Source: Spirochaetia bacterium (lineage in GTDB: Bacteria > Spirochaetota > Spirochaetia > UBA9216). From it: a DNA stretch of 64,000 nt. The translations under genes and the position numbers were made by a program. Under the pieces are notes generated by a model. That model was not told where the DNA came from and searched no databases. It saw nothing but the letters and a program-made list of their open reading frames with translations. The stretch is from positions 928,001 through 992,000 of the forward strand of contig CAXXYH010000004.1 in assembly GCA_963677925.2 (NCBI GenBank), read 5' to 3'. Below, one piece after another: positions 48,601 to 55,767 of this stretch. Each line of letters starts with the position of its first letter. The stretch's first letter is position 1.

Positions 48601-49721
48601 GAAACCTCATACCTACCACTTCAATTTCTCTTTCCGGTGTTGAGCGTATTCCTCCGTATATTGAACTGGCCCTCGGTGCAGTCGGAGATAAAAAGATTTA
48701 TATCAGGTTCTCAGAGCCTGTTTTCGGTGCAGGCTTTGTTGATGTTGCAGAAACGGATTTCAGTTTCAGCGGTACAACAAATTCTCTTGATGGAATTACT
48801 GCAATAAGCTATCTAAGCGGAGGACTGCTGGAAGCATGGTTTAACCTTGATTCAAGCCTTACTGCCAATGAAATCCTGCAGGCAAAGATTGTACCCCAGG
48901 CAACTCAGATCTACGATAAGCTGGGTAATGCAATGGAAGTTACATCTATTCACCGCTTCTCCGATATCGGTATCGGAGTTATGAACCCGATATGGGCGGC
49001 TGACAGCCTGCATAATGACTCTCTGTACGGAACAGATACAAGTCTGAGAGTTTTTGACGGTACTGGTTATCTGACAGACAGCAACATTACACTTGAAGCC
49101 TCAATCCTTGCAGACAGTTTTACCGGTCTTTCGGCCAGTCTGTATTATGATGTTGATCCGTCAGACTCTGTTCTCAATGACGGATTCTGGCTTCCAAGCT
49201 ATAACAATGCACTTGTTCCTGCAGCAAATACAGCCGCCAGAGGTCTTAATCCTTACAGCAGCAGTGCCGGTGTAAGAAGATTTACGATTCCATCGGATGA
49301 TTCGGAGATTGAATCGGGTAATGAGGTTCAGTTCCTTCTGAAAGTCGGTGATCTCTTCTGTGCGAATCTTCTTGATAAGGATGATCCCAGAACGATTGTT
49401 CCCTGGAGTTTTTCAATAAAGGATATAAAGAAGCAGGCAGCAGGAGTGACTATACTTAATAATGTCATCAATCCTGTGGAAGGAGAGAAGACCGTTCTTA
49501 CTTATGACCTGCCGAATGCCGGAATGGTTACCGTTAATGTCTTTAATATGGCCGGTGATCTGGTTAAGGTTATTCATCGCGGAGCACAGGGTACCGGCAC
49601 ATACAACTTCAGCTGGGACGGAACAAACCGGGCCGGTAATATCGTTGCCAGGGGGATTTATTTCATAAGAATAGTTGCCCCGGGAATTGATGAGTATAGA
49701 AAGGTTATGATTGTTAAATAG
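36645..49721 (+). CDS. Giant (4358 aa) repetitive surface protein: Ig-like repeats, haemagglutinin-like beta-helix stalk, C-terminal FlgD-Ig/CTD-like domain
   Basis: N-terminal signal peptide; T/G/A/D-rich; internal tandem repeats; ends ILNNVINP...TYDL...V.VFN..G.LV...WDG.N..G..VARGIYFIRI...KV.IVK. Exact start uncertain (36645 or 36666). Confidence 0.85.
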   Translation: MWYIFKDMLFNRKRIKLLLLTSIFSICFIAFLSAVPNIQTTDMTISGASGTGSVFITGDTIVVEWDSTNSPQNYAPPASNDITAVSVDFSQFGGGAAVAAVDDGSGDDTASGDGIWTASYTIVAGAIDSAAVRITVTATNLDGTTGPVDNGADLSCDNQSPAVTDGNLSISGATGTGSVFISGDTVTVTWNNTAGGDNNGDISSATADFTEFGGGAAVAMANAAETWTAGYALLDGIDTSNLNVSITATDDAGNTTTVADTSNADVDTTAPAGYTVAIADVDGYINASEVASLDFDFTGAEVGADYSYTYTSSGGGGPVTGSGTIATATDTINDDLSTLNDGTITLTVALTDPAGNTGADATDTSVLDTAAPGAFTAGTVTATGGTVTANYWNSTNTGITVTIPIANDTSLSGGTVQLQGFATGGAWENLAGAIAIGGGDINTNKDHTATAAELEALSGFGEGDTVQLRAVITDVAGNSTTGTASATTLTVDQTVPAGYTVAIADVDGYINTSEVASLDFDFTGAEVGADYSYTYSSGGGGGPVTGSGTIATATDTINDDLSALNDGTVTLTVALTDPAGNTGADATDTSELDTAAPGAFTAGAVTATGGTVTANYWNSTNTGITVTIPIANDASLSGGTVQLQGFATGGAWENLAGAIAIGGGDINSNKDHTATAVQLEALTNFGEGDTVQLRAVITDVAGNSTTGSASATTLTVDQIVPTAFTAGAVTATGGTVTANYWNSTNTGLTVTIPIANDASLSGGTVQLQGFATGGAWENLAGAIAIGGGDINTNKDHTATAAELEALSGFGEGDTVQLRAVITDIAGNSTTGSTSATTLTVDQVLPTLAPVHIQSDNADTATAKIQDTITLTFTSSETLSALPVVTVTSLLRAATESSLGGDDYQADYQLLPADRTIAEAAVTFTIDFSDTAGNAGTQVTAVTDASSVTFYRECNWGGSSGGGWSVAGNWVEGYVPAAADDVVIASGYPVLSVDSSGEDVIVSAGAELWTGTNNLSISSIDLQGTAILRRSGGTNVSATDTDSGTVRYTGGGAVQEYGVTDYFDLELNAAAAFTVGTSLTTADNLIITNSTGVDFGAGVTVTSGSNQIDIISSTGTIRFREALTVDNLNVGAAGYSVRMDSGCTITNAVNFQNTTSVILSGTCNFNGGMSTGTSLTLNGDIITTADNVSVAGISLTGASSIDTGAAGGNIQISGSVAGSGANRDFTIDAGTGSVTLGGVLTTNINNLIITGTGAGIALPAVTTAGGLTCTVGGDITQGAALSISGAAAFEAGAGNDITLINGSNAFNTLTFTNSANVNISEPAAFTVGAGASAYSGTLTLNAGTALTVSGNITGSGAGTVSLTAGTGAMIINDGAAVDAGSGTITVSTGTDLTLGRLVTTSAGAPAIDMTVGGEVIDGGDTGGSDIAAGGELQINALDGIGSSGANGAVETDVVSLDLSLSAAGDIDIIENNDVLIIDITAANGNVTLTGGGAITVNANDAVADVSGNTISLSSNGDIGTAASSIELDISTALNADSTSANGDIYLDSLGAFPVGLIDAGTGDVEVTATGGITDAAGDAAADIAANILWVNAPASFALDTSVTVIRGTVTGSFTVDEVSAIQLGNAAGGISSGTGALSIEADGSITTGNAVSSGANQNLTLTTTGNGDTITLGHAVSAGGSGIVDINSGDDFTLNDGIVLGSGTGNITVDTLNGGVLTVNGSITTAGAGTINLTSVDAVVMDTTSLIQTVNGQIDVSAGATGLTVDVIEAAGGSAAINLTAVGSAIEEADNTALIGAAGSTTVLTLSAGTDIGAGSALNTNVGTLVASAGGILSINESTAIILGAGSGVSSSGGDVTIQAAGAMTTGNSITTTGANGAITLTSTGTNPITLSNTVTANGSGNIDINSSSAFTLADGVVMSSTSGDLTVDTTGANALLIYGNITTGLTGTIDITGTDAVTMDASSLIQTAAGQIDISAGANGLTVDVVESTGNGAINLTAVGNAIEEADNSARVGAVNSTTVLTLTAGTDIGTLNSLNTNVGSITASAAAAGDISITEATDVTLTSITAAAGDVNIVSTAGTINVAAVSASGTAALTAAAGSILEAAATDAASDITADSISLTVQNAIGTSAAGEEIEINLGGGSLGLTTTAAAPSGNIYIAETNGVLSSSQISSSTAGASVQTIIIYNRNAGITVNNAWNLGNDDLELRATTAGDIAFVGGSITTSGDVSLESAAGGITDDDGTADIICGNLIIDADAGVGDANILETTVSTIDLDNNTTGTVQITESNGLTINKLYNVNRAETLVSTAGSILIGNSVIPAISAGTSTVTLTAAAGEIYDSAAADTDIDINADTVDLNASTGIGETNEIELASVTTLTADTSSGNIDIDHTADAGLSVTTMTTGGASAIDFDQIGNQSLTLVTVTASNGDITVTNTGGTGADTGLGSITADTADDTVSISASGAIVDSTASDTTADVTAAVIILSADDSGIGQDANGAVDVRAAVGLSADSSADGSDIALYDPVGPTPVVLLTTGGTGNIVLTSLNAVTDPGGNAENDISAADLNITAQGGINLDTAVSTMTLNAQAAGSVTIRETDAVTFTSVTASNGPVTLSTVNAGNIVLTNIVSSNDTDVNDISVTAANGDIEVDTIDAQGSNADISLTTVNGAVTNTDSTSDVTGDVLTISTANGTGVSFGQAISTTVNTLNVGNSAGGDIAIDESGAVTVTGLTTVAGGNIRLDADGTISLNGAGASAAGAGSVILTGIGAGNNLDINAAVNGGTGAVTLTGGTSIDTNSNVTTSNNAIQFASNTYITDDATVTVSTGAGVGGTITFSGTLDGEGSDFTDNLTLIAGTGNIDFDAAVGSSVDMGNVLISSALDVTADAAFSANTLTQTAGTGDTQFDGAVTLQAAGGMDITTDTVTINSTINTLTAGNGGTVTITNAGLLDIAAGANMSLDGAFLQDGAGDVETAGNITTTDDNIYFTSNVTLTDDGTVSLNTDTGAGTITFNGTLDGDDANFDDDLSLAAGTGNIDFNGIVGGTNDLGDVSISSAADVTADFAFSANTFTQTGGTGDTQFDGAIVLEASGGMDITTNTVTINSTIDTVAALNGGTVTITNAGLLDIAPGADISLDGAFTQDGAGAVQTAGNVTTTQDDIYFTSAVTVTDDESIVFDTDINDTGSIQGDLTFNSTVGTSSADTGILSLDSGIGTLTLNGVVGSGLIPFRYVLIRGAGNCTSTAATIDMSAQDLYIDANGYTLVLQKHLSADNLIFYDGTLNLNARTLTTGGDLAVFGGTYTAFDSARSGTHANNTYFAYPEISTLAYYPSGDVYNSADGLFYTDVFYLTQVLTGAAFANLNGSTINAGGNFYVNGADLPATAVWNLNINDNSLVTGLDTAPGDNLTDWPYGTNYAVVFRSAVDYCNASNWLGVDPQNGNTDGGNNVANVDSTFPEILNYETVFDNVIRVTFTEAIENDNDEISAAVSNVYVDGNSGLTFSASYIDADDAAPFNFTTTDGAGDLTTFYLQINRATATWNTDATGTSDGNAGSSDREGTHQAISASLSMLKGSFFDADGHNHVRNYGLNTEDIADGSTNETFADECRPSLVAVVAGRVNHQAAAVDEIYDGHNFLHLRYSEPVDIGDDVNYAISAGAPPANDRADETFGTGEHGGHIVQNGADVDVVGYFSYTGTFQSGSRDGNPAITSLYRSGAENPSGDFGITLYVAGWRTDDTALWPGYLGDPAETLLSHSVNTDVSAGGVSINALSNSFIIDALGNEIEPYDETYRNASVTYLTDPIADPVITTAVSDILVSGTTSLPNIDMPADHITGWDVEPPIFSVYDDTVTPNTYEIISIANVTTGKIERLEFFIRDNETSQGGFTQAVDAGIVHPEAGANLGVRDATCAIDAANSIDPYTAFSIADVNDAGLTAGYNTGITTTVQDASIFLGPITAADDSYFALTLNDLHNWNTRTALQIKYDASIGYITDLAGNLIPTTSISLSGVERIPPYIELALGAVGDKKIYIRFSEPVFGAGFVDVAETDFSFSGTTNSLDGITAISYLSGGLLEAWFNLDSSLTANEILQAKIVPQATQIYDKLGNAMEVTSIHRFSDIGIGVMNPIWAADSLHNDSLYGTDTSLRVFDGTGYLTDSNITLEASILADSFTGLSASLYYDVDPSDSVLNDGFWLPSYNNALVPAANTAARGLNPYSSSAGVRRFTIPSDDSEIESGNEVQFLLKVGDLFCANLLDKDDPRTIVPWSFSIKDIKKQAAGVTILNNVINPVEGEKTVLTYDLPNAGMVTVNVFNMAGDLVKVIHRGAQGTGTYNFSWDGTNRAGNIVARGIYFIRIVAPGIDEYRKVMIVK
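37443..39170 (+). repeat. Intragenic near-identical tandem repeats, A-B-A-B-B (A about 303 bp, B about 372 bp)
   Basis: GATACTGCAGCACCCGGAGC at 37746 and 38421 (675-bp period); third B copy offset 372 bp (38439 vs 38811). Confidence 0.9.
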
Positions 49722-49722
49722 T

Positions 49723-50862
49723 TCAGAACTCTGAGTCAGGGGAATAATAAAGTTCCGGTGTTGATACAAGTATTGACCCTGAATCAATGCCGGAAGCTCC
49801 TGCTGTGATATCACCCGGACTAATCTGCAGTTTGATTACAGCGGTATCCTCCCAGTAGGGTACGGTAATCTGAAGCTCGGCATCTATATAAATCTCTGTC
49901 CATTCGGAAAATGAGGAATAATCAGAAGCACTGAATGCAAGGCTGTTGGCCCGGGATGCAAGTCCTTCATCATCAAGAGAGCTGATTGAAAGCGAAACTG
50001 CATCAGCAGCAAATGTATTCGAAACGCCGGCATTCGGATCGGCCTTGACCCGGACGCTGAATCTGTACCAGCCTGAGATTAAATCAAGTGAGTCGACTCT
50101 GCTTTCATCGTAATATGGTATTTCAATTGAAATGTTCTGATCCTGATCGGATTTTACAATTCTGAAGTTATCAATATACCCTGCCTGGAGGGTTACGTCG
50201 CTGAGGTTGATTTGAAAAATTTCGCTGTCGGCAGTATGTATTAAAAATTCTGTAAGGGATATAGATGAAAAATCGGAAGGAAATGAGAATACAGTATCCT
50301 TCTGAAGAAGGTTTGCCGAATATGTAGTTACATTTCCTGAACCGGATGTGTCTTCAATTCTGAAATAATAGTTTCCGGTGTTATCTCCCGACAGGTCGAA
50401 TCTAAGCAGGTAGTTTGAGTCGGTAATAGCTCCGTCAGATATCGTGTTTACATCGTAAGTAAGGTATTCTCCGATCCCCTCGTCAAACCTCAGAGCTTGT
50501 CCGTCAATAGGGGAGCCCGATTCCACTCCGTCACCTGCATCGGCATTGGAGTTGTCCCAACCTGCAGGAAATGAGTTGGTGTCAGGTGTGGTTGCTTCAA
50601 AATCTCCGTCGGGAACCAGGTTAAGATTTTCAATGCGGTAAATTGCAGCTGCCGCATCAGGAAGCCCGGAGGTTCCGGCAACTGCAGCTGTTACAGTGCT
50701 GTAATCCATGTAGGTAGTGCTGACTGAAAGTGTCCAGTCTGCCAGGCTCAGGTGCTGTATGAGATCCTTGCTGTCATACCTTGTAAAATAATCGTATGAG
50801 CATCCTGTTAACAGTGCCATGAATGAGAATAATGTGACTATCGTAAGGTGTGTTTTTTTCAT
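49723..50862 (-). CDS. Hypothetical lipoprotein with carbohydrate-binding-like (jelly-roll) motifs
   Basis: LTGC lipobox; NLVPDGDFE...GW and YIDNFRI motifs typical of CBM4/9-like folds. Confidence 0.65.
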   Translation of the reverse strand: MKKTHLTIVTLFSFMALLTGCSYDYFTRYDSKDLIQHLSLADWTLSVSTTYMDYSTVTAAVAGTSGLPDAAAAIYRIENLNLVPDGDFEATTPDTNSFPAGWDNSNADAGDGVESGSPIDGQALRFDEGIGEYLTYDVNTISDGAITDSNYLLRFDLSGDNTGNYYFRIEDTSGSGNVTTYSANLLQKDTVFSFPSDFSSISLTEFLIHTADSEIFQINLSDVTLQAGYIDNFRIVKSDQDQNISIEIPYYDESRVDSLDLISGWYRFSVRVKADPNAGVSNTFAADAVSLSISSLDDEGLASRANSLAFSASDYSSFSEWTEIYIDAELQITVPYWEDTAVIKLQISPGDITAGASGIDSGSILVSTPELYYSPDSEF

Positions 50863-50968
50863 ATTTACTTACATTATATCATTTTCCGGCAAAATATCAT
50901 GCGATTTCAATTAGAAAAATTTTAAGCATTTTTCCGAAATTATGATACATTATATATACGGCAATTTT

Positions 50969-51577
50969 ATGAAAAACAGTTACTTAATATTTTTAACATG
51001 TATAATAGCTTTTGTTTCGGGGTGTTCTGATATAGAGATGCCGGCTGTGACTGCAGATACGTACGAATACAAAGTAAGCGGATTTGACGGAGCTACTGCC
51101 GACATATCATATCGTGATGGAGATAACCTGATAGTTGAACTGACCGGAGAGGAACTGCCCTGGACTTCAGGTGTATTTACTGCAGGTGATGAGTTTACCG
51201 GCCATCTTTACCTGAAAGCTGATGTCGTCAGAGACGCGGTTTTCATCTCCTTTGCCAGCGGCACAGCTGATACCTACGGAGCTGCAAAGCTTATAGATTC
51301 TACCGCGGCATTCACGACTTCCGGAATCGTTGAAGGTGATATCATCTATCAAAGTGCGACATCCATGTCATACGCTAAAGTTCTTTCAATAGATTCAGAT
51401 ACCACACTGTCTCTAAATACCGATTTATTCAGTTCCGTTCCTGAAACTTATTACATCTACCATGTTAAAGACCTTACGGGTCAGATTCTTCAGAATGATG
51501 AAGTGGTCGAGAGTGAGCTGGCAGAAAATGAAAAGGTTCTTTCGGTTTATGTTGTCAAAACCGTGTCTGAAGAATAA
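50969..51577 (+). CDS. Hypothetical lipoprotein
   Basis: MKNSYLIFLTCIIAFVSGC lipobox from ATG 50969. Confidence 0.65.
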   Translation: MKNSYLIFLTCIIAFVSGCSDIEMPAVTADTYEYKVSGFDGATADISYRDGDNLIVELTGEELPWTSGVFTAGDEFTGHLYLKADVVRDAVFISFASGTADTYGAAKLIDSTAAFTTSGIVEGDIIYQSATSMSYAKVLSIDSDTTLSLNTDLFSSVPETYYIYHVKDLTGQILQNDEVVESELAENEKVLSVYVVKTVSEE

Positions 51578-51580
51578 TCT

Positions 51581-52492
51581 ATGCCGCTGATATCTGCCAT
51601 AATCCCTGTATACAACCGTCCCGCCCATCTTATAAAGGCTGTCGGAAGCGTACTTTCGCAGTCAATGTCCGACTTTGAGCTCATCATAGCCGATGACGGC
51701 TCTACAGATGAAACACCCTTTATAGCCGACAGGCTTGCGTCTGAGGACAACCGGATAAAGGTTTTTAAGTTACAGCATAACGGGATGCCCGGGGCGGCTA
51801 GAAACCGCGGAGCAGAATCCGCAGAAGGTGAGTATCTGGCTTTTCTGGATTCAGATGACTACTGGTTTCCTGATAAACTTAAGCATCAGTTTGAACTGAT
51901 GCAGGCTGATGCCTTTCAGATATCACATACCCGGGAACAGTGGATGAGAAACGGAAAGGAAGTGAGCCAGAAGGGACAGAAACACCGCCGGGAAGGCAAT
52001 ATATTCAGTGATGCTCTTAAAAAGTGCATAATCGGACCTTCAACTGTAATGATGCGTCGTGATTTTTATTTTGATACCGGTGGGTTCAATGAAAATCTTG
52101 AGATAGCGGAGGACTATGAATACTGGTTACGCATAACCCCCGCTGCAAATGTTGGTTATCTGAATGAAAAACATACATGTAAACAGGCCGGCGACTGGCC
52201 GCAGCTTTCTGAAAAGTACGGCAGAATCGAATGGTTCAGGCTTACGGGGCTTGCCGGTCTTCTGGGTGTGTCCGCTGCATTTAAAGAAATATACCCTGAT
52301 TTTCCAGGGGCAATGTATACTGAAGGCTATAAGTGGGATGGCTTTTCAGGCACGCAGAAGGAAGCTGCCTTCAATGAACTGAAATTTAAATGCAGGGTTT
52401 GGAGTGAAGGCTGCAGGAAGCATGGCAGGCCGGAGGAATCCCAACAGCTTGAAGGCTTAATTAAAAAAATGGAGGCGGATTATGCAGACTGA
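51581..52492 (+). CDS. Glycosyltransferase family 2
   Basis: IIPVYNR, DDGSTD, ARNRG, FLDSDD, EDYE.WLR. Confidence 0.9.
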   Translation: MPLISAIIPVYNRPAHLIKAVGSVLSQSMSDFELIIADDGSTDETPFIADRLASEDNRIKVFKLQHNGMPGAARNRGAESAEGEYLAFLDSDDYWFPDKLKHQFELMQADAFQISHTREQWMRNGKEVSQKGQKHRREGNIFSDALKKCIIGPSTVMMRRDFYFDTGGFNENLEIAEDYEYWLRITPAANVGYLNEKHTCKQAGDWPQLSEKYGRIEWFRLTGLAGLLGVSAAFKEIYPDFPGAMYTEGYKWDGFSGTQKEAAFNELKFKCRVWSEGCRKHGRPEESQQLEGLIKKMEADYAD

Positions 52493-53540
52493 AATTACCG
52501 AAAAAACTGTACTTCTCGATTCAAGCGGGAATATTGAAACTCCCGGCTGGGCAAGGAAGCCTTTATTCAGTTACGAGAGGAATATGATTAAAGCCCCTGC
52601 ATGGAGAATCAAGGAGTGGGACTACTACTGTGTTATGAATGATACCGACGGTATCGCTCTGACGGTTGCCGATAATGGATATATGGCATTTTATTCTGTC
52701 ACAGTATTTGATTTTAAGAATAAAACCGAAACCAGCGGATCTGTTATGGGGCTTTTTCCTATGGGCGCACTTAATTTGCCCGGTTCTTCTGAGGAGGGGG
52801 ATATTGTTGTAAATGAAAAAGGCATAACAATGAGGTTCCTTCTAAAACCTGATGGAAACAGCCTGATAAGAACTCTTGAGATTGATTTTCCGTCCTTTGA
52901 CAGAGGTAACGGCCTCAGCGGTTCGATTGTTCTTGAACAGCCTCTTTCTGATGACAGTATGGTGATTGCCACTCCCTTTGATAAATCCGGACATTTCTAC
53001 TTCAACCGGAAGATTAACTGTATGAAGGCTGAAGGCAGTCTTATCTGCGGCCGGAAAAGCATCGATTTTAAAAACAATTCAAATAAAAACAGTACTTATG
53101 CAGTCCTTGACTGGGGAAGGGGTGTCTGGACGTATAATAATACGTGGTACTGGGGGTCCGGATCAGGGATTGTTGACGATAAGCGCTTTGGATTCAACAT
53201 AGGCTACGGCTTCGGTGATACCTCGGCCGCAACCGAGAATATCATCTTCTATGACGGCAGGGGGCATAAATTTAATGATATTGTATTCAATATTCCCACA
53301 GATTCAAATGGCCGGGAGCAGTATACGGACCCCTGGACATTCACAAGTTCAGACGGCCGATTTGAAATGGAATTCAGTCCGGTTATAGACCGTTTTTCGG
53401 ACACCAACCTTCTGCTGATAAGGAGCTGCCAGCATCAGGTTTTCGGTAAGTTCAGCGGCAGGGCTGTCCTTGATGACGGAACAGCCCTTGAAATAAAAGA
53501 CTTTATGGGATTTGCTGAGAAGGTTCTCAACCGCTGGTAA
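52482..53540 (+). CDS. DUF2804 family protein
   Basis: GWAR, RIKEWDYY, FYFNRKINC, LDWGRGVW.Y.N.WYW, GFNIGYGFGD, QHQVFG.F.G, E...NRW. Confidence 0.85.
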   Translation: MQTEITEKTVLLDSSGNIETPGWARKPLFSYERNMIKAPAWRIKEWDYYCVMNDTDGIALTVADNGYMAFYSVTVFDFKNKTETSGSVMGLFPMGALNLPGSSEEGDIVVNEKGITMRFLLKPDGNSLIRTLEIDFPSFDRGNGLSGSIVLEQPLSDDSMVIATPFDKSGHFYFNRKINCMKAEGSLICGRKSIDFKNNSNKNSTYAVLDWGRGVWTYNNTWYWGSGSGIVDDKRFGFNIGYGFGDTSAATENIIFYDGRGHKFNDIVFNIPTDSNGREQYTDPWTFTSSDGRFEMEFSPVIDRFSDTNLLLIRSCQHQVFGKFSGRAVLDDGTALEIKDFMGFAEKVLNRW

Positions 53541-53564
53541 ATACGATGCAGATTTACAGGGAGG

Positions 53565-54392
53565 TTATTTCACTTCGCTGCGCAGTACTTCGGCAAGCTC
53601 AGGATCCTGCATTGCATACTTTATAATCGCCTGCAGATAGCCTGCCGGGGCTCCTGTATCAAGTCTCTCTCCCTCTGTTTCGCAGTATACTACGTTTCCG
53701 GCCGACATCATTTTATTAAGGGCGTATGTGTGGAAGTATTCACCGGAAGTATGTTTTGACCATCCCTCTTCCAGTAAGTCGAAAATCTCAGGAGTATAAA
53801 GATATCTTCCTATTGAAGCCTCACAGCTTGGTTCAGTTCCCGGAGCCGGTTTTTCAACGATGTCAGTAACATGCAGCCCGTCGTCGGCCAGCTTGAGAAT
53901 ACCGTAGCGTTCAAGGTTCGGCGGATTATGCAGGGTCGCCATGACGCTGCAGCCGGTTTCCCTGTATTTTTCGATAAGCTGAAGGGCAAGCGGCTTTTCG
54001 CCGAAGTGCAGGTCGTCAGGGTAGGCAACGACAAAGGGTTCACCGTCAAGCATGGGTCTTGCCTGCATCAGCGCATGGCCGGTTCCCATCATTTCCTGCT
54101 GACGTACAAACAGAAATTTCGCGTTATAGGGTTTGATTTTTGCAGCCTTTGCTGCCGAACCCTCTTTGTCAAATACAGACTCCAGTTCGATCTCTCTGTC
54201 GAGGAAGTCTTCCAGACTTTTTTTTCGTCTGGATGTAATGATTAGAATCTCGTCAATTCCGGAATTAATAAACTCCTCAATTATAAAAGCAATTGACGGT
54301 TTATCTATAAGAGGAAGCATTTCCTTCGGGATAGTCTTGGTCACGGGAAGAAATCTGGTGCCGTATCCGGCTGCTACAATAAGTCCTTTCAT
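53565..54392 (-). CDS. galU: UTP--glucose-1-phosphate uridylyltransferase
   Basis: AAGYGTRFLP.TK..PKEMLP..DKP, RQ....GTGHA, VEKP, GRY. Start moved to ATG 54392. Confidence 0.88.
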   Translation of the reverse strand: MKGLIVAAGYGTRFLPVTKTIPKEMLPLIDKPSIAFIIEEFINSGIDEILIITSRRKKSLEDFLDREIELESVFDKEGSAAKAAKIKPYNAKFLFVRQQEMMGTGHALMQARPMLDGEPFVVAYPDDLHFGEKPLALQLIEKYRETGCSVMATLHNPPNLERYGILKLADDGLHVTDIVEKPAPGTEPSCEASIGRYLYTPEIFDLLEEGWSKHTSGEYFHTYALNKMMSAGNVVYCETEGERLDTGAPAGYLQAIIKYAMQDPELAEVLRSEVK

Positions 54393-54458
54393 AGGTTTAT
54401 TATGCAGAAATAGAGAGGTCAATTCAAGATTGACTATAGTGTTTATACTTTTATGTAA

Positions 54459-54490
54459 TAAAAAACCGGAAGAATAATCTTCCGGTTTTT
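54459..54490 (-). terminator. Rho-independent terminator (symmetric)
   Basis: AAAAACCGGAAGA-ATAA-TCTTCCGGTTTTT perfect inverted repeat downstream of the 54518 stop. Confidence 0.8.
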
Positions 54491-54517
54491 ATAAATTATA
54501 AAGGATATTGAGGAATA

Positions 54518-55591
54518 TTATTCCGGATATGCTGCAACCGGAGTTCCGGCGCTTGTGATGCTTCCGTCGGCTTCTTCTTCATAGGCTGCTGTAAAAGTGA
54601 CAATGGTTGAAGAGTCCTGATCCTTTACCAGTGTGTTTGAATTAACGGTTTTCTTTCCGGTAGGCAGAATCTCATATCGGATAACTGTTTCGGAAAGAGT
54701 AGCGCCGGCATAATCAAGATCGGTTGTGTTGTCGTTAAACAGTCTCTTTAGAAATACGATGATGTTATCACTGGTTGACTGGTTGGATGAATCCCTTTCT
54801 ATGCATTTTTCATAAGATACGGATGTTTTTGTTATATCAGAACCTGATGTAATCTCCGTATAATATCTTGTTCCGGTAATCAGTCTGTAGTTAGTCCAAA
54901 TCCAGAATCCGCTCTCTTCTTCCTGGATATAGCTGACCATACTGGACCATGTTGCAGTTCCTGTTCCGTCATCGGCAGGCGCCCAGTTTCCATCTGAGTC
55001 GGGAGTCGGAAAACTCAGCTCCCCGTTTATGTCGAATTCTGCGTAATTTGAACTTAATCCGTCGGCTGTTGTTGCAATTATTTCTTCATAACGAATCGTT
55101 CCGTTGTCATATTCTGTCTGGAATGTACTTCTGAGGTTGTCGTTACGCGTCCCTGCCGAATCACAGATATAATCCGCTGATGTATATACTCCATCCTCAT
55201 CTGCATCCAGGATGAAGTATACTTCGGTGGTTGATGAAATAGAATCTTTTTTAGGGTATGTGGTCACTGATGATACTTTGTAAACATTAGTTACGAGGGT
55301 TTTTTCAATTGTAACATCGGTTTTCTGGCCCTTTTCGGGATAATTGTTTTTTCTGCCGGTAGCAGGTGTGGAATCAGTCGGTAAAGTTATGCTGTCCGTA
55401 TAGGCCGGCCATGCCGCACGGCTTTCGGCGATTTCGTCATCGCCCCTTAACATGTAGTATGAACTGAGCAGGTAATCAGCCTGTTCAACGGTGATGCGGT
55501 CGGTAGTCCCGTTACATCCTGATGTAATAATTACTGCCGCTATAATTAAAATAGTGAGCGAAATAGGTCCTGTAATTTTTATCCGCTTCAT
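54518..55591 (-). CDS. Hypothetical lipoprotein
   Basis: ITSGC lipobox, AGGAG RBS, T/D/Y-rich body; no family recognised. Confidence 0.7.
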   Translation of the reverse strand: MKRIKITGPISLTILIIAAVIITSGCNGTTDRITVEQADYLLSSYYMLRGDDEIAESRAAWPAYTDSITLPTDSTPATGRKNNYPEKGQKTDVTIEKTLVTNVYKVSSVTTYPKKDSISSTTEVYFILDADEDGVYTSADYICDSAGTRNDNLRSTFQTEYDNGTIRYEEIIATTADGLSSNYAEFDINGELSFPTPDSDGNWAPADDGTGTATWSSMVSYIQEEESGFWIWTNYRLITGTRYYTEITSGSDITKTSVSYEKCIERDSSNQSTSDNIIVFLKRLFNDNTTDLDYAGATLSETVIRYEILPTGKKTVNSNTLVKDQDSSTIVTFTAAYEEEADGSITSAGTPVAAYPE

Positions 55592-55767
55592 ATAACACTC
55601 CTTAAAGGCCGTTAACCTTCGTTACGGCTGCATTATTACAATTATTAGATCTGTATAAAGATATCTCAATATAAGATAATATCAATAAACTTTATTCGTA
55701 TTTGCCTAGTACTATTTTCTGATTTTATAATCGACAAATCAATCGTAGAGCTTGAATTCGGTCAATG

